A DNA stretch of 58,702 nucleotides, the filler included, from Gonapodya sp. JEL0774 (Eukaryota), in NCBI GenBank assembly GCA_027604505.1. It is 2 parts of 2 records of this genome, joined end to end, with 100 filler letters (N's around TTAATTAATTAA, not from the genome) between each part and the next. Parts side by side here need not be neighbours in the genome. Positions count along the whole stretch, not along the records: positions 29,501 to 58,702 come from JADIIX010000209.1; 1 more part is not named here. One strand, written 5' to 3'. Position 1 is the stretch's first letter. Each line of letters starts with the position of its first letter. The notes under the pieces are model-generated. The model did not search any database. It worked only from the letters and a program-made list of their open reading frames with translations, and was not told where the DNA came from. Position numbers and translations under genes: made by a program. Of the stretch, positions 35,444-48,958 are shown piece by piece.

Positions 35444-37889
35444 ATGGCTGCGACAGTCGGGGCGCATCTACCACCCCCAGCAGTCGGTGTCAGACTCGCA
35501 GCCGAAGCACCAGAACTCTACAAGGTACTCATGCTGACGTGATAGGCGGTGTACCTCTTTTACTTCCTCATTACTAATCGTACTGAAATGAATGCTTTGA
35601 AATGGTAAAATCGGCTGGGGTTGGAAACATAATGAAACACATTAGCGGGTTGTTGCGTTCGCGTCCATTCCTCAGACACCCATCAACCTCGAGTAAGTTA
35701 TTCCCGCTATTTCAGTCTCTATAAGATTGTGGACATGTTTGGTGGGATCTGTGGATGTTGGGAACCTGAGCCAGGAGAGACCCATCTGTCCATTGAATAC
35801 CATTAGTAAACCACTCCTCATTATTTGAACTCTCACACTTACGCATCAAAGTCGTATGCTCCGCGCGGGTCACTCGCTTACCCATAAGAAGATTCTGCTT
35901 TCCGCTCTCTTCGTCCATAATGAACTACCGATTCGCCTCGCTCGAAGAATCTTGGAGCTGGATTCGCTGCCCACGAAGCTTCTTGAAACCGAGAGCGTGC
36001 GCAAACTACGAGAGAGCTATATAAAGAGTTGGATGCAGGCGACGGAGTTTGAGCGGTTCTGCTACGGTGGGAAGGAGGGTGAGGGGATGCGAATAGAGTA
36101 TGAGTTGGGAGGTTAGTGCTTTGCGATTGGTTCGCCAGTTACTTGGAATCGGAATCAAGAAGGGATACGACGCACACGTGCTGACAAGGTGTCTTGTAGT
36201 GGGGTTTGTTTGCATGCATGCAATACACCTCGGGATGTGCACCTTCAACAGTGGAGCTGGCAATTGCTCCTGACTGTGATCGAGAGGCATAATTGCATAT
36301 ATTTGCAATTTTAGAGGGACGTAATAAGCCCCACTTTTGACTGCCCGTACACTGTGCTACCCAACTGCTCACTTTCTTCCCGCTGCCTCTCTCTGCCCTT
36401 GCCAGCTCGCCCCACGGACGACTTCATACCAAGTCTTCGATTTTACCACCTCTCACCCGATTTGCACGAAATCACAGCCCCCGAGGATCACGTGAACAAG
36501 CAGGGGGAGTTTGTAAAGATGTTGCAAGCTGTAAAGTGGAGGCATAGGGCAGGTAAGTTCTGATGGTCCCGGACTCGTGTTCAGTGGAGAATGGACTTGG
36601 CTCAATGTACACCCTACCTGCCCACCCCCAGACCCTGTGTTTATGTCCCTCGGCATCTACGCATATCGCCGTGCCCTTCCTCCTTCTCTCTCCGATGCAC
36701 CTCCTTTGCAATCCTTTCTCCAATCTTTTAATCGTGGCCGAATCGGCACACGCATTTTAATGGGCCACCAGATCGCCATGACCAGAGATTTCCTGGATGG
36801 AAAGAGGAGGGAAGAGGGTAGTCGGGTGGGGATAATTGACAGGGAAACGGATATAGGGGCTGTTGTGAGGGAGGCATGGGAAGGTGCAGGAATGGTTGCC
36901 AAAAAGGTGAGGTTTGGAGCTGGTGACTGTTTCTGTCCTGATCTTGTGGTCTTGTTTGAACCTCTCTTCCCCCAAACACCGAATTTCTCACATTTCGACA
37001 CCAATCGCGTTCTCAATTCTGTTAATTACGACTGCCCCTTTAGTTCTACGGTCCCGCACTTACCTCTCTCCCTGCACTCACTGTGCGCACTCCTCCCGAC
37101 ACCCCACGACCAACTTTCACCTATATCCCCACTATTCTTCACCATATGCTCTTCGAACTTTTCAAGAATTCTATACGCGCTACCGTAGAATCTTGCAGTG
37201 ATATCCGCCCCCTAAATGCCCAAAGTGCACCCGAAGAAACTGCGGAGAGGGTCGCTAGGGCAACGGACGGACCTGGAAAGGAGCTCAAGTTCCCAGCAGT
37301 GAAGGTGGTGATTGTGGGAGGGAAGGAAGACATGATTATCAAGGTTTCTGATGAGGGAGGGGGCATTGCGCGAGAACACTTGGACAGAATGGGATCGTAC
37401 AGTGAGTGGAAGCTGTTCCATTGGCATGGGACATTTCTGAATTGGCAGCTGCTCTCCCTTCCTCCCCTGGAATAAAGTGTTCACCACCGCTCCTCCTGTC
37501 ACTCTGACTCACGCTCAAGCCGTCGAACTATCTGACCAAGTCGCTCCTGCACCTCCGTTTGATGACGTGCGATACTCGTTGCCCCTGGCTGGTTTCGGTT
37601 ATGGACTACCCATCACGCGCCAATATGCGGAGTACTTGGGAGGAGCAGTGGAGGTAATTAGCATGGAAGGGTATGGGACCGGTGAGTATTCCGCATTTTT
37701 GGGTGGGCCAGTGACCATCGTAACTTTCTTGGGTGTTTCCGCGCAGACGCATTCCTCTACATGAATCGGCTAGGAGATATCGTGGAACAACTCTCGGACG
37801 ACGTTGTGATCGCCGGTGGTGGAATGCACGGTCACAGTGGGACTGGACAGGTGGCCGGGGAAGGGGCAAAAGCTATGAGTTTATACTAG
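35444..37889 (+). CDS. Mitochondrial pyruvate/branched-chain alpha-ketoacid dehydrogenase kinase
   Basis: [82 protein letters not shown]. Confidence 0.9.
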
Positions 37890-37949
37890 TGCTTGAGCAG
37901 GTGGACCAGTCAGGAATTCGACAAATTGTAGATAGCTATTAATCTTGAT

Positions 37950-40900
37950 TCACAGTGACGCCTTAGATGATCCAATCCCTTTCGTAGCCGCCGGCATTCC
38001 ATCGAACTCGAATCCTACGAATCCACCGTCAGCAATCCATTTGGTAAGACGATCGGTGTATGGAATGGCACCTTTTGCATGGTTAGATGAGGCAATATAA
38101 TGAAGATGTAAGTTGAGTGACCATATTCGCCAGGATTATAATCTCACCTGCACCGTAAGGAACGTTCCGGCGTTGGCGAAGGTCCGTTCTACCTTCGCTA
38201 TTGTAATAGCTGTATATAAATTTGTAAAAATGTGCAGCAGGTGAGGCTCATGAAAAACTCCGGCAAGTTGTTAGGACTCACCCCGGCGTACAGTCTGACG
38301 AATCGTGGAGATTGAATGAGAGTGCAAGTTAACTCGCAGTTGGTCTACGACTCTCAAATTCTTACCATTGTAAAAGCTTATCCTAAGAGCTGCAAGGGAC
38401 TCGCATTCTGCAACCCAATCCTGTTCGGCTTTTGCAGATACCTCAGCAATCTTGATTCCATTGCGTAGGGAGTGCACAATGATTGGAACAATTGTGTCTA
38501 TCTGAAGGTGAATGGCATTTGGGGCGTTGACAAACTGTGCCGCTTGACTGGTGTATTGGACATAGAAACTGCACAACGATGAACGAATCTATGAGTCAGT
38601 CCTCACAAGGAACATATATGGATTTGCGCTCACTAGTTCGGAAAGCCTCTTGTGTGGAAGCCATATATAGATGAAAAGCCATCAGTAGCCCATTTTTCCT
38701 CCAGCGATCGACCACCCCGACCAATAACAGGGCAATTAGCGTTCACAGTCATCTTGGCCGCGTCAGTGAGAGTTGTGAAGAAGCCTTTGATCAGGACAGT
38801 TACATCGACATTGAATTCGGGTGAAGTAAACTCAAATCTCGTTCACCTGTCGCAAATATCAAACAATCAACCTTGTATTCTTGCCCTTGAACGATGACTC
38901 CATTCTCCGTAACCCGTTCAATTCCTTTTCCCTTGCTGTCTACTAGCTTAACATTTGGTCTGTTGTACGTTTCAAGGTACTCATCTGTGGAGTTCGTTTC
39001 AGAAATCCCAAGATGCAATAATATTGGTCGCGACCAAAAACGTACCATGGAAGCAAGGTCTAGTCTCCCCAATGTTACGAATATGATTGAAATCTGTAGA
39101 AAGGGCAAAGTCGCTGGAGCTCACCGTTTACAGAATTCTAAGGTGGGGAGGATTATAAGAAGAACTTGATTTTCAGTCCGACCAAGACTCACGGTTATAC
39201 CAAGGCTTGAGAGCTGATCAACGATATATCAATGATGTGTCCATCAGAGCCTGTTCTCTGGGTCAAGAATCCGGGACGTGCATGCATGTACCTTCAGCTG
39301 TCTCTTTATCTTTGACAACTTCATTTACACGCTTTCGGATTCTTTCCATGTTAATGAAGTCCGCCTGTACGAAACATCGTTACATCAGTAGATTTTGGCG
39401 AAGACGTGGTGTTACTCACCAGTTGTAAAATCTCAGAGGCTTTCATCGGACTACCTCGACGGCGATTCTCAGCTGTCATGGAGCGCATTAGACCAAACGC
39501 TACGGTCCAACCATCATCCACTGTAAATCAAACACACATATGATCAATGTGAAGTGGACTTCACTGCACAGAATATTCGACGTCTTACCCAAGTTCTCCT
39601 CGACAGGGACACCTGAAACAGTAGCGGTAAAATTGTACATTCGCTCCCTTTGCCAACCAGGTCGAAGAGATTTGGCCCAATCTGGGTCTGTAGGGCGATT
39701 ACCCCGGACATCGATACTAGATGGAGTTCTTTTGGATGCAAAGTAGGCAAACTGTTGATTGATCTAAGCGAATGAGAACGTTACTCTACTCTTACCTTTG
39801 GAAAACATATAGTTGTTTGCTCCACTCGCCGAGGTGCGGGATCGCCTGTTCAGGTGCAGTAGGTCATTTACTTCGCAACAATTCATTCTCTCTGACCGCC
39901 GAGATGGATCGACCACCCAATCATGCTCACGCACCTGTACAGCAGTGGCACCTGTTCCAATGATTCCAACAATCTTGTCCTGGAGACCCACAAGGCCACC
40001 AGAAGAGTCGCCACCAGTATACTTTCACAATTGCAAGAATTTTGGAAAAGGAGCCAAACCAACATAAGAAGCTGAAACTCGAAATGGAGAGAACAATTGA
40101 TACCTTGTAGTCCCACCGACTTGTGTGCTGGTGGTCACGCATCGTTTAACATTATCAAAACTCAATCGGATTAGAAATGTGTCAAGATCTACATACGAAA
40201 GTGTGCCCTTTGAACTTTTCGATACCCGGTGCACCTGAAAAACAATTGTGTCCAGTAGTGCACAGGACCAACGGTGAACGGTACCTAACTCACCGGGTAG
40301 TTTCGGTTTCTCTAACCCCCCAGTCGACTGTAAAATAAACTTTGCTCTGATTGTGTCGCCTCGGTTGGTGGTAACGTTCCAGCGCGAGGTCCGTTCATCC
40401 CACGTCAGTGATCTTGTCTCTGTTTGGAACAAGGCTTTCTCATGAAGCTTCCACTTTCCCGCGATACGGTCGCAATGGGCGAGTACTGTTAGAAGTTTAT
40501 GGTCCAAGAGGGATATGCTATTCTGTCAACAGGAATACGATACAGGACTCTGTCCCAAACTCACTTTCGGGTGCTTTCGTGTACTTGGCCACTGGTACGT
40601 ATCCTGCGAGTATAACAGTTTAGACCCTTCAAATCGCAAAAAGAATCGGATTGCAGTAACCTGTCTCTTCCTATAGGGAACGACAGACACGTAGATGTGA
40701 GAATGAGAACCAGAAACCGAATACGATGATATCTACCAGTAGCGGTAAATATACATAGCTCTTAAAGTGAGGGTTGTGTGGAGTCAGGTGAGAGTATGAG
40801 CCAAAACATGAAACGAACCATCCACCAACCTCCGTGTCACACATTGCCCCTGTTCAACATGAAAAGTCAGGCCCCATTCAGAGCGGAATATGGATTGAAG

Positions 40901-41675
40901 ACGCTCACCGGGGTAGCGGTTCCACCACCTTGAAAACCCATCGTACGACAAAGCAGCACGAGAAGATCATTTGTTTTGAGATTAAGATTTGTTTACGGGA
41001 ACTGCGCCATACCAAGTGCCGCCATATCCACCCCCCTTCTCTGGATAACGAGTGGATGTACCAACAAGATGCTGAGTGAGAATGTAGTGACCAGAGAGCA
41101 GCCTCACATACCAATGATCCGGAAGTTTCGAATTGCAGCATCAGTCAGCTTTGCGCCAGCAACTGTTGTGTGGATATCAGTGGGTGGTGTCCCAGCATTT
41201 CACCGCAGCCAGTCAACCCACTTAGACCAGCAAATCCACCGCCCAAAATCAAAACGTCAAGAGCCAGATCCAGAGATTCCCGAACAAGTGGTTCGACGTA
41301 GGGATCTGAGGAAATGGCGAATGCCGCGAACTCGTGGGGCACCAGAACTTATGACATTGTTATGCACCTGGTAAGAAATGCCCAAAAGGTCCATCTGGGG
41401 TTATTTCAAGCCATTGATCGTTTCCATCAGATCGAAGACGTTTGTCTCGCTCCTCTGAGTATTTCTTGTGGAGTGCGACAGGACTAAATCGAAAGACACG
41501 GGAATCAACTCAGTCGGAGAATACATTGCTTAGCCGGGGGACAAATTTTCGAAACAAACTCGAAATCCAGCTTGGAAAGATCGATCATCGGGATCTCTTG
41601 GGCTTTGTATGGATTCACCGACAGAGGAGAACGAAATTCTCTGATCGGAACTTCGGCATAATGTAACCCCGACAT
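37950..41675 (-). CDS. Type I Baeyer-Villiger monooxygenase (FAD/NADPH), highly intron-fragmented
   Basis: [58 protein letters not shown] fingerprint, [29 protein letters not shown]. Confidence 0.92.
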
Positions 41676-41874
41676 GAACTTACAGACAAAGCCGCACGGC
41701 ACGAACTGCGTCATGTACTCGAATAAATATGACTATGTACAATGTATCTCAACTCATACTGCTAGTTATCAATTCTCATGCAATCTACTGCCGATGCCGC
41801 GTCCAGCTCTTCCTAGAATCCAGGCGTGTCGAAATGTTGTGAATATACGTAGAGCGTCACTCGTCACTTCAAAA

Positions 41875-44500
41875 TCACGCATCTAATATGCCACCCCATG
41901 ACTTGTCTTCCCGTATCTTCCCCGCACTCCACTTATCGGTCCCCACTTGCCTCGACTCGGAAAAACTGGGAGGTGGATGCGAGAACCAAGATGGAGTGGA
42001 CGTCGGAGGTGACACAGCTCGATTCAATTCGATCTCAGAGTTCGATGATGTGGGCGTTGTGAATGGGCTCGCGCCGAATGTTGGTCGGGCAAGATTCTCA
42101 GTCGACGATGAGCGGCGAGGAGGCGGGGAAAACACGGGGATGCCTGACAAGGTGCCCGCGGCATCTTGCGCGTTGCCGTTCTGAGTAAAGTTTCCGCCGC
42201 TCTTGACAGGGACTGCCCAATCCAGCAGAGTGTCCGCATTTGGAGCCACTAAATCCTTCGCTGAATCCTCACGAGAAGATGATCTCGGCTTTGAGGGAAC
42301 TTGTGCTATCACACGTCCACCATCGCTGATACCAATACCTGTCTGATTCGACACAGGAGCCTCACGAGTCTCACCCGTTGTTTTTGATGATATGGGGATA
42401 CCAAAGCCGAAAGGGAAACTGGCACCATGGATTTCACTACTTTGCGAAAGGCTTGGCGCCATTGAAGCGACACATGCGAGAGGGAAGAAGCCTGTACGGG
42501 AAGTGCCCGTGTGCAGCCCCTACCAAACAGAATCGGTATTGGTTGAGGTGCTTTGGTTGACCTATACCGGGCTTTGAATCAATTGGAGCGTTCAACAAAC
42601 CTTGCCCCATCCATCTTCCCACGCCCATTCCGCGTACACCGGATCTCCCACAGCCAAGCCCACTTCATCTAGAGACTGAGGTACAAATGGTGCTGAGGCG
42701 TAGAGGAGGCGATTGATGGCTACTGGGGGAGAGCCTTGAGAGGGGGTCAGGGAGGTACCTGGGAAGTTGGCGCCACCACCGCTACTGCCGCTCCCATTTG
42801 TGTTCGAGATAGCTAGAGGAGTGCCTCGTTTGAGCGTTGGCGGTTTTTCTGTGCGGGAATGCCCAACAGAAGGGGAGCTTGAGCGGGAGGTGCTGTTCGC
42901 GAATGCTTTCGCACCGCGCACATCTACCACGGACCCTCCAGCTACCAGCTGCTCTTCTCCGGCGCCCTCACTTTGAACGTGTCCGTGGGCACGCAACCGC
43001 GACTCAAGAAAAGCCAACCTGGCTTCCCGCTCAGCTAAAGCACGTGTCAGGTACTCAGCAGCTCTATATGCGACAGCCAGTTTCGTCGTCAGGTCTGTCG
43101 AGCCTGTTCCCTGGGGAGGGGTGGTGGAAGAGCGGCCGTCTGGGCCAAAGGGGCGCGAAAGTGTCAATGAAGATAGTGAAGAACCGCGCGGCGGAATTGA
43201 GGGAAAAGATGAAAGGGTTGCAGCGGTTGGAGTGGGATGAAAGGACGTGGCAGAGGTATTTGGATGGTAAGACGTCGGGGGGGTGGTCGGGGCGTCATTT
43301 GGAGGAGACTTTGAGTTGGAAGGGGCTATTACTGGTGTTGGCGATGGACGGGCTGGAGAAGAAGTTGTGGCAATCGTGGGGAGAACAGGGTCAGCGGGAC
43401 CAGTCGGCGACGGTGAACGTGCAGTAGTTGATACAGGAGTTGCAGGCGCAGTCGAAGAGTCTCCGAACGAAAACTGAGATGTGAGCGCGCGCATTGCATC
43501 CAACCCTAGTGAGAATCGCTTCTGGGGCGAACGACTCTGCGGGTGCATCTGAGGTGAGTAGGTTTGCGGTTGCATAGGGGGGTGCGAGGTAGAGGAAGAA
43601 TCAGCAAATGGAGCAGGTGGCGCAATGGGAGAGTGAGCTGGAAGTTGTGGTGGTTGGGAGGATTTGTGATTTTGGAGGAGGCGGAGGGGCTCCGTGTTCG
43701 GCTCGAAGGTACGACCAGCGACGACGCACCCGGCAGCAAGCTTTGTGGCGGCTTGAATGCAAGAGTCCGTCACTCGCGCACCGTGCTTCAAAAGCAACTT
43801 CAGCATCTCGATGTTGGGAGAGAGTGTGCATACACTGATTGCTTCATCCCAAGTCTTTGGGTTGGTAAGCACTACGTGCGCACCCGGTTTGTTGAACCAC
43901 GAGTGCGGATGGCACTGCAGGGCAAATTCGAGAGAGGAGGAGTAACTAGTAGGGCAGTGATCAGCGGGAGTGCTTGAGCTTGGAATTTCAATCCACCGGG
44001 AATTATCCCACGATTCCTGAGTCCAAGGGTCACACACTCGGGGAAGTTTGTATGAAATTGGCTCGTTCGGGTTGCAGCCTGTAAAAGTGGTCGGTGGCAG
44101 AATGATGGGCACCCCACGAAGAGACGCCAAGACATATTACGCAGAAATTAGACAAGCAAATTGTGAGAGAGTAGAGAGATGTGTAGTTTCCCGTTCGCAA
44201 AACATTGGACGATAACGAACCATTTTCGAGAAGAGCTCGTAGAACATCGTTCCACCCCGACCGCATCGCCAGACAAATGACTGGTTCAGCTAGTTGAGTG
44301 TCTGACTTTTCTGCCAGGAATCCCAGTTGTGCGATGTTCGCCAACCCAAATGCTGACCCGCGACTTCCCCGGACTCGCACTTTGAGGGTAACCCGTTTCT
44401 TAGAACTGGTTGACGCACCCCTGTTGAGCGCATCGAGGACAGCCGCAAGGTTTCCTTCCTCGACGCTCTCAATCAGTCGTGCGTTCACATCGGATGACAT
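41875..44500 (-). CDS. Protein with N-terminal ankyrin-like repeats, Pro/Ser-rich linker, coiled coil and SH3 domain
   Basis: LIESVEEGNLAAVLDALNRGA, MLKLLLKHGA; SH3 FVPQSLDEVGLAVGD..EDGWGK|G..GFFPLACV across an intron. Confidence 0.75.
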
Positions 44501-44915
44501 GTTTGAAGCCACATATGAACCCCTAGTCGTCTTGCACACAAATATAATATGTTTGACGCAATCTCATGATTATCATCTCACTCATAGAATTGCAAAACCC
44601 ACCCAACATTGACGATTTGCCACCCCAAACGTAACAAAAACATGTATTTTCGCGGTGTTCACCTTCCACAAGCTTCCGAGACGATTTCCTTCGTCAAGGA
44701 CTCTTAGCGACAGTGGTATGAGAGGCTATGTAACATATCGGAAACGCACAGGCAGAGCACCCGGGAGGCACCAATAGTGACTCCACTCGAATCAATAATC
44801 TTGACAAAACCCTTCCATACACGAAGAATGTCGTCAGAACCTTTTTCGCTCGGACGCATATTAACATTTCCTGTTGTGTGTGATCGGGCAGCAAGTCCTG
44901 GAAAGTCCCTCTTTA

Positions 44916-46601
44916 CTATTCGACAGGTGCTTCCATCTGCCACACATACTGTGGTGGATCCACACTAGTGTCTACGGCGGGTACAATCCTCGGCGACAAC
45001 AGGGGACCTTTCGCGGAAGGATTGTCCTCCCAACCATGAGGTGGAAGCACTCCCTGGAATCGGCCTTCCGAGATAAGACGGTGTACTTCCGTAACCGGAA
45101 GGCACAGACGACGTGTCACTTCGCATAACCCCGAGAGCGTCCCCGGCTTCGCATTCGGGTCCGTGTCAATCTTTGGTTCCGAGTCGGGATCCGCTCCCGT
45201 GGGACTCGGCAACCGTGGTGCAAATAGCACTGACCACGACAGCGAGAGTAACACAGCCGAGTTCGGATCTTCCGTGACGTGATCCAGCAGCCTCTCGTAA
45301 ACTTGCCTCGGCCTTGAAAGTATTGAGCGCCGGGACACCACTATACGTGGTGCAGATGGAACAATCCCATCAGGGGCCAGATCCCCGATAAGGGGCGATA
45401 CGACGTCCCTGAGAAACTGATACAGCACAAGCAACCTGTGTTCCAAAGAATGGTTTGCGCGGAACGAGCGTGACGCCACCGCGTTGGAGATGGGATCGTC
45501 GCTCATTCCATCGTACCTCCCCAAATCTGTCTGCTCCGAGTACCATATGTTGGCGAGAGACCACGCTTTCGTGAAGTCCAAACGCGGTGAAGGCAGGTCC
45601 GTGACAGAGGCGTACCCTGTGTTGTTTATCGCTGACCAATCGAGATACGCAAGGGTAGCAGCTGCATCCGCAGTCCCGGACGTTGAGCGCGCTGATGGGA
45701 AGAAAGCCGTGGTGTGTGGGAGAGTAGAGGTCCCGTTGGATGGGTAGTGTGTGAGAATAAATCTCAAGTAATCCACGACTGTGTTGTCATCACGGGCTGG
45801 AACTGTAGTGTTGGCATTGGTACCATCGATTGTTCGTGTCGCTCCGGCGTGGCGATATTCCGTGCGAGGGAGGGATGGAAAAAGCTTCGGTACCCATGAC
45901 CCCGGTTTGTCTGGCGTCACTGAGAGGACCAGGTACCGAGACAGTGGTTCGCCATTGATGGTGGTTGTTGAGGATACGGTGAGGTTTGTGTTGTGTGCTT
46001 TCGCAGGCAAGGAGGGGGGAGGTGCGAACGAAGCGGTGGTGAGAGTTCTCGGGGCGTACCCGACATGAGACGGGTCCAAGGAAGCGGAGGGGATCGGCTC
46101 ATCGGACGACGCTGCCAATCCAGTTGATTTGCGCGAGGCTGGTGCCACAGTCGAATCTGTTCCAAAACCTGCAGAGTAGGTAGTTTGGTGATGACTCCCA
46201 CCACCAGCGACTTCAATCCTGCCATCGCTCAAGCCCCCCGTCTCCGTTTCTTGTGCCGAGAGATGCCACCATGCCTTTGATCGGTTGGCTTGATCCCGGG
46301 AGAATGTAAAACGATAGGACGACCACCACAGGAAGAATATGATAGCAAGCACTGATACCACTAGCAGAGCAGCAGCCCTTTGCCTAGTCCTGATGATGCC
46401 GGCACACAAGATGTCGATACATCCACCGTTCCGTGACCTGGAACCGACGGAGGGTCGTGATGGTTTCCGCTTCCAATCTGTCGCCCACGCTGGCGGAGAT
46501 GATGCACTGCCGTGCGAAGAGCTCGACTTTGAAAACCCCGCCTTTTCCCTCTCAGCGAGACTAAGAGCGTCTTCGCTTGCCTTAGACCGCAGGGACCACA
46601 T
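44916..46601 (-). CDS. Intronless type II membrane protein with degenerate DUF3431-like lumenal domain
   Basis: Single TM AAALLVVSVLAIIFFLWW; YLRFILTHYP..LPHTTAFF and IVVSRRSILSRPRQVYERLL..LSWSVLF resemble DUF3431. Confidence 0.65.
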   Translation of the reverse strand: MWSLRSKASEDALSLAEREKAGFSKSSSSHGSASSPPAWATDWKRKPSRPSVGSRSRNGGCIDILCAGIIRTRQRAAALLVVSVLAIIFFLWWSSYRFTFSRDQANRSKAWWHLSAQETETGGLSDGRIEVAGGGSHHQTTYSAGFGTDSTVAPASRKSTGLAASSDEPIPSASLDPSHVGYAPRTLTTASFAPPPSLPAKAHNTNLTVSSTTTINGEPLSRYLVLSVTPDKPGSWVPKLFPSLPRTEYRHAGATRTIDGTNANTTVPARDDNTVVDYLRFILTHYPSNGTSTLPHTTAFFPSARSTSGTADAAATLAYLDWSAINNTGYASVTDLPSPRLDFTKAWSLANIWYSEQTDLGRYDGMSDDPISNAVASRSFRANHSLEHRLLVLYQFLRDVVSPLIGDLAPDGIVPSAPRIVVSRRSILSRPRQVYERLLDHVTEDPNSAVLLSLSWSVLFAPRLPSPTGADPDSEPKIDTDPNAKPGTLSGLCEVTRRLCLPVTEVHRLISEGRFQGVLPPHGWEDNPSAKGPLLSPRIVPAVDTSVDPPQYVWQMEAPVE

Positions 46602-46948
46602 CTACAATTCGCTGAATGTATCTTCGACTGCAGGCCCGCTATCGCAGCCTCTTCATAACTGCAGCCACTCTTGTCTGGTTTCGTTTTGTTCTGTTGAGCC
46701 GAGAATTAACTAGTCCGCCTCGTGCAGGGTTTCTGGGTGTCGGCCATATTATTGCAACCCCATACATACAAGGTGGTCCTGTACTAGTTTGTGGCAGTTG
46801 ACCCGGAAAGCGGGAGCTTTACACGAAACATATTCTGTATGCTTTGATGTGTTGAATAGATACAGAAGTATTCTCAAGCTTGAAGCGGACCGTGATTTCT
46901 TTGGAGTCAATCATTCATTGATTACATAAATTAATCCAGCCGAATTTG

Positions 46949-48958
46949 TCATCCGAGCTGGTGCATATTGCCATCTCTCCACTCCCACCTCGCCATCGAC
47001 GTCCTCGCGACCGCCTCTTCTATCAAGGGCAAGAAAAACCACCCAGTACTATCCACGAACGGAACCTCACCATCACTCAAGGATGCCAGAGGCTTGGGAC
47101 CCTGGGGAGACGATGCCGGTGTGCGAATAAAATCCAGCATTTCCACAGCGCAAGGCGCCAAGTCAAATAATGTTCCTAGTCTGGTATCAGTCCGCGCACT
47201 CCGGTATAAATCGGTATGTACGAGTATAGCCTGTACTCGCGCGATGGTACAAACCCGCAACCGCTGCCACGTGTCCGTCACATTTCGAAGCTCGTCTCGG
47301 AGTGCAACTGAGACAGTGGAGGCGAGCGCAGCTACAACGTCTTGCACCACCGCATCGGGATCAGCGGCGTATCCACCTTCTCGAGATCCGATGTGAAGTT
47401 GCAACGATATGTATCCCCCATGGCCGCCGAGTGCTGCCATTACCGAATCAGCGGAGGACATAATGCGTGGGACGGGGGAGGTGAGTGCTGCAAAAACGCG
47501 ATTCCAAAGGAGCTTGTTGTGGGGTCTGAGAATAAGACGGGAGGGACTGGATAGAGACCCAAGAAAGAGGAACGGTAGTGCGGAGGTGGGGAAACTCGCA
47601 GACACCGATTTAGCAGGAGGACGAAGAATATTACGAATGTACTGGATGCCCAAACTTTTTGTAGACCTTATGGGCCAGAAGTTTTCAGGGTTAGAGAAAG
47701 CAGCGAGAGGTCTGGATGGCAAGCCTCCTCCGAGATCAAACATCGCGCATCGCAGGTGCTTTCAATGAGTCTCACAACGTACAACTAAGGTCAACCACCA
47801 AAGTACTTCCTTATCACAAGTTCCTGTCCCACTGGCAGCAACTTCCATCAAGTGCACCGATGTTCCTGCATTCACAATCCTCCCTAAATAAATAGAAAAG
47901 GATGCCTATTCTCACCTTCCAATCGAGGTGACTCCTAAGTCCACTCCATCCTCCACGAAAGCAAACTCAGTTTCATGTGAATCTTTAAACCAGCGAGCGC
48001 ATCTGGCCCACGGCCTGACACTGCCGTCGTACCCACCAAATTGCAAGCCTTGGATCGTTGGGTGGCGGTCGGAAAGCTGAGAACCAGTTACGACGGAGAC
48101 ATTAAGCAACTGGACCGCAACATCGAGGGTTGTGAGGTGAGACCAAGACGTTAGCAGACGGATGGGAGAGGTGTCTAACTTTGATGCGAGTGCTCCGTTG
48201 CTGATGGGTTTCGTCACCTCTGAGGACAAAGCAGCGATGGCGTCCTTGGGCACAACACAGTGGGGAAGCATTCCATCGTCACGATCTAAATCGCGAACTT
48301 GCCGGCAGTGACGAAGTGAGAAGCGGTTGTTCGCCACATCCGAAATCCTCTTGGACAAGCGATCGTAGGGAGCGTAGGGAATGTCCGCACCAGGATAGTT
48401 GGTGGAAGGGGGAACAATGGCGGGTGGGAGAACCAATGTCCGTCCAAGAAGAGAAGAAAGCACAAGAGCATTAGCTAGTTCAACTCGCTGTGCGTGGAGG
48501 GAGCCGTGCGGTAAGTAAAGGAGGTAGTTGTCGGTGAAAGGGCACGGTCTGCCATCGTCAGTGGGAGCCATGCCATTTGTCTGGAAGAGATAGACCCCGA
48601 GTCCTCCGAGAAGGCTACAAACAATTATGTAGGCCATAATGAGGCGCAAGCAAGATGGTGGGGGACCCCTATCTTCAAGCCCTCTAATCCTTCTTCTGGT
48701 CGGTTCGTCCCTGCCGTCATCCCCCGTTAGAGGCAGGTCTGCCGTATTCGTTTCCTCCCGCCATCTTCGTCCGACTGTTCCATTCGGTATACGCCTCCCT
48801 TCCAACCCCATTGTGTTGCTTGAACCCGGAAGGATGGAAATTGAGATCTCTTCACCCCGACCAGACTCCCCATCCCCATTTTGCCATATGTCCGTTTCAA
48901 GTCTTTCCATCGGCGTCCACTCGCCCGAAGTTTTATGCTTCGCAGCGCTGTTCCACAT
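46949..48958 (-). CDS. Type II membrane O-fucosyltransferase-like (GT-B, CigA-like) protein with degenerate active-site motifs
   Basis: TM IMAYIIVCSLLGGLGVYLF; YLLYLPHGSLHAQRVELANALVLSSLLGRTLVLPP; FLGSL, YISLQLHIG, FLPLIEEAVA; introns near 47.75-47.92 kb. Confidence 0.7.

Noticed and set aside
37950..37961. BVMO C-terminal ...KASL as peroxisomal PTS1
   Set aside because: ASL deviates from the [SAC][KRH][LM] consensus; insufficient support
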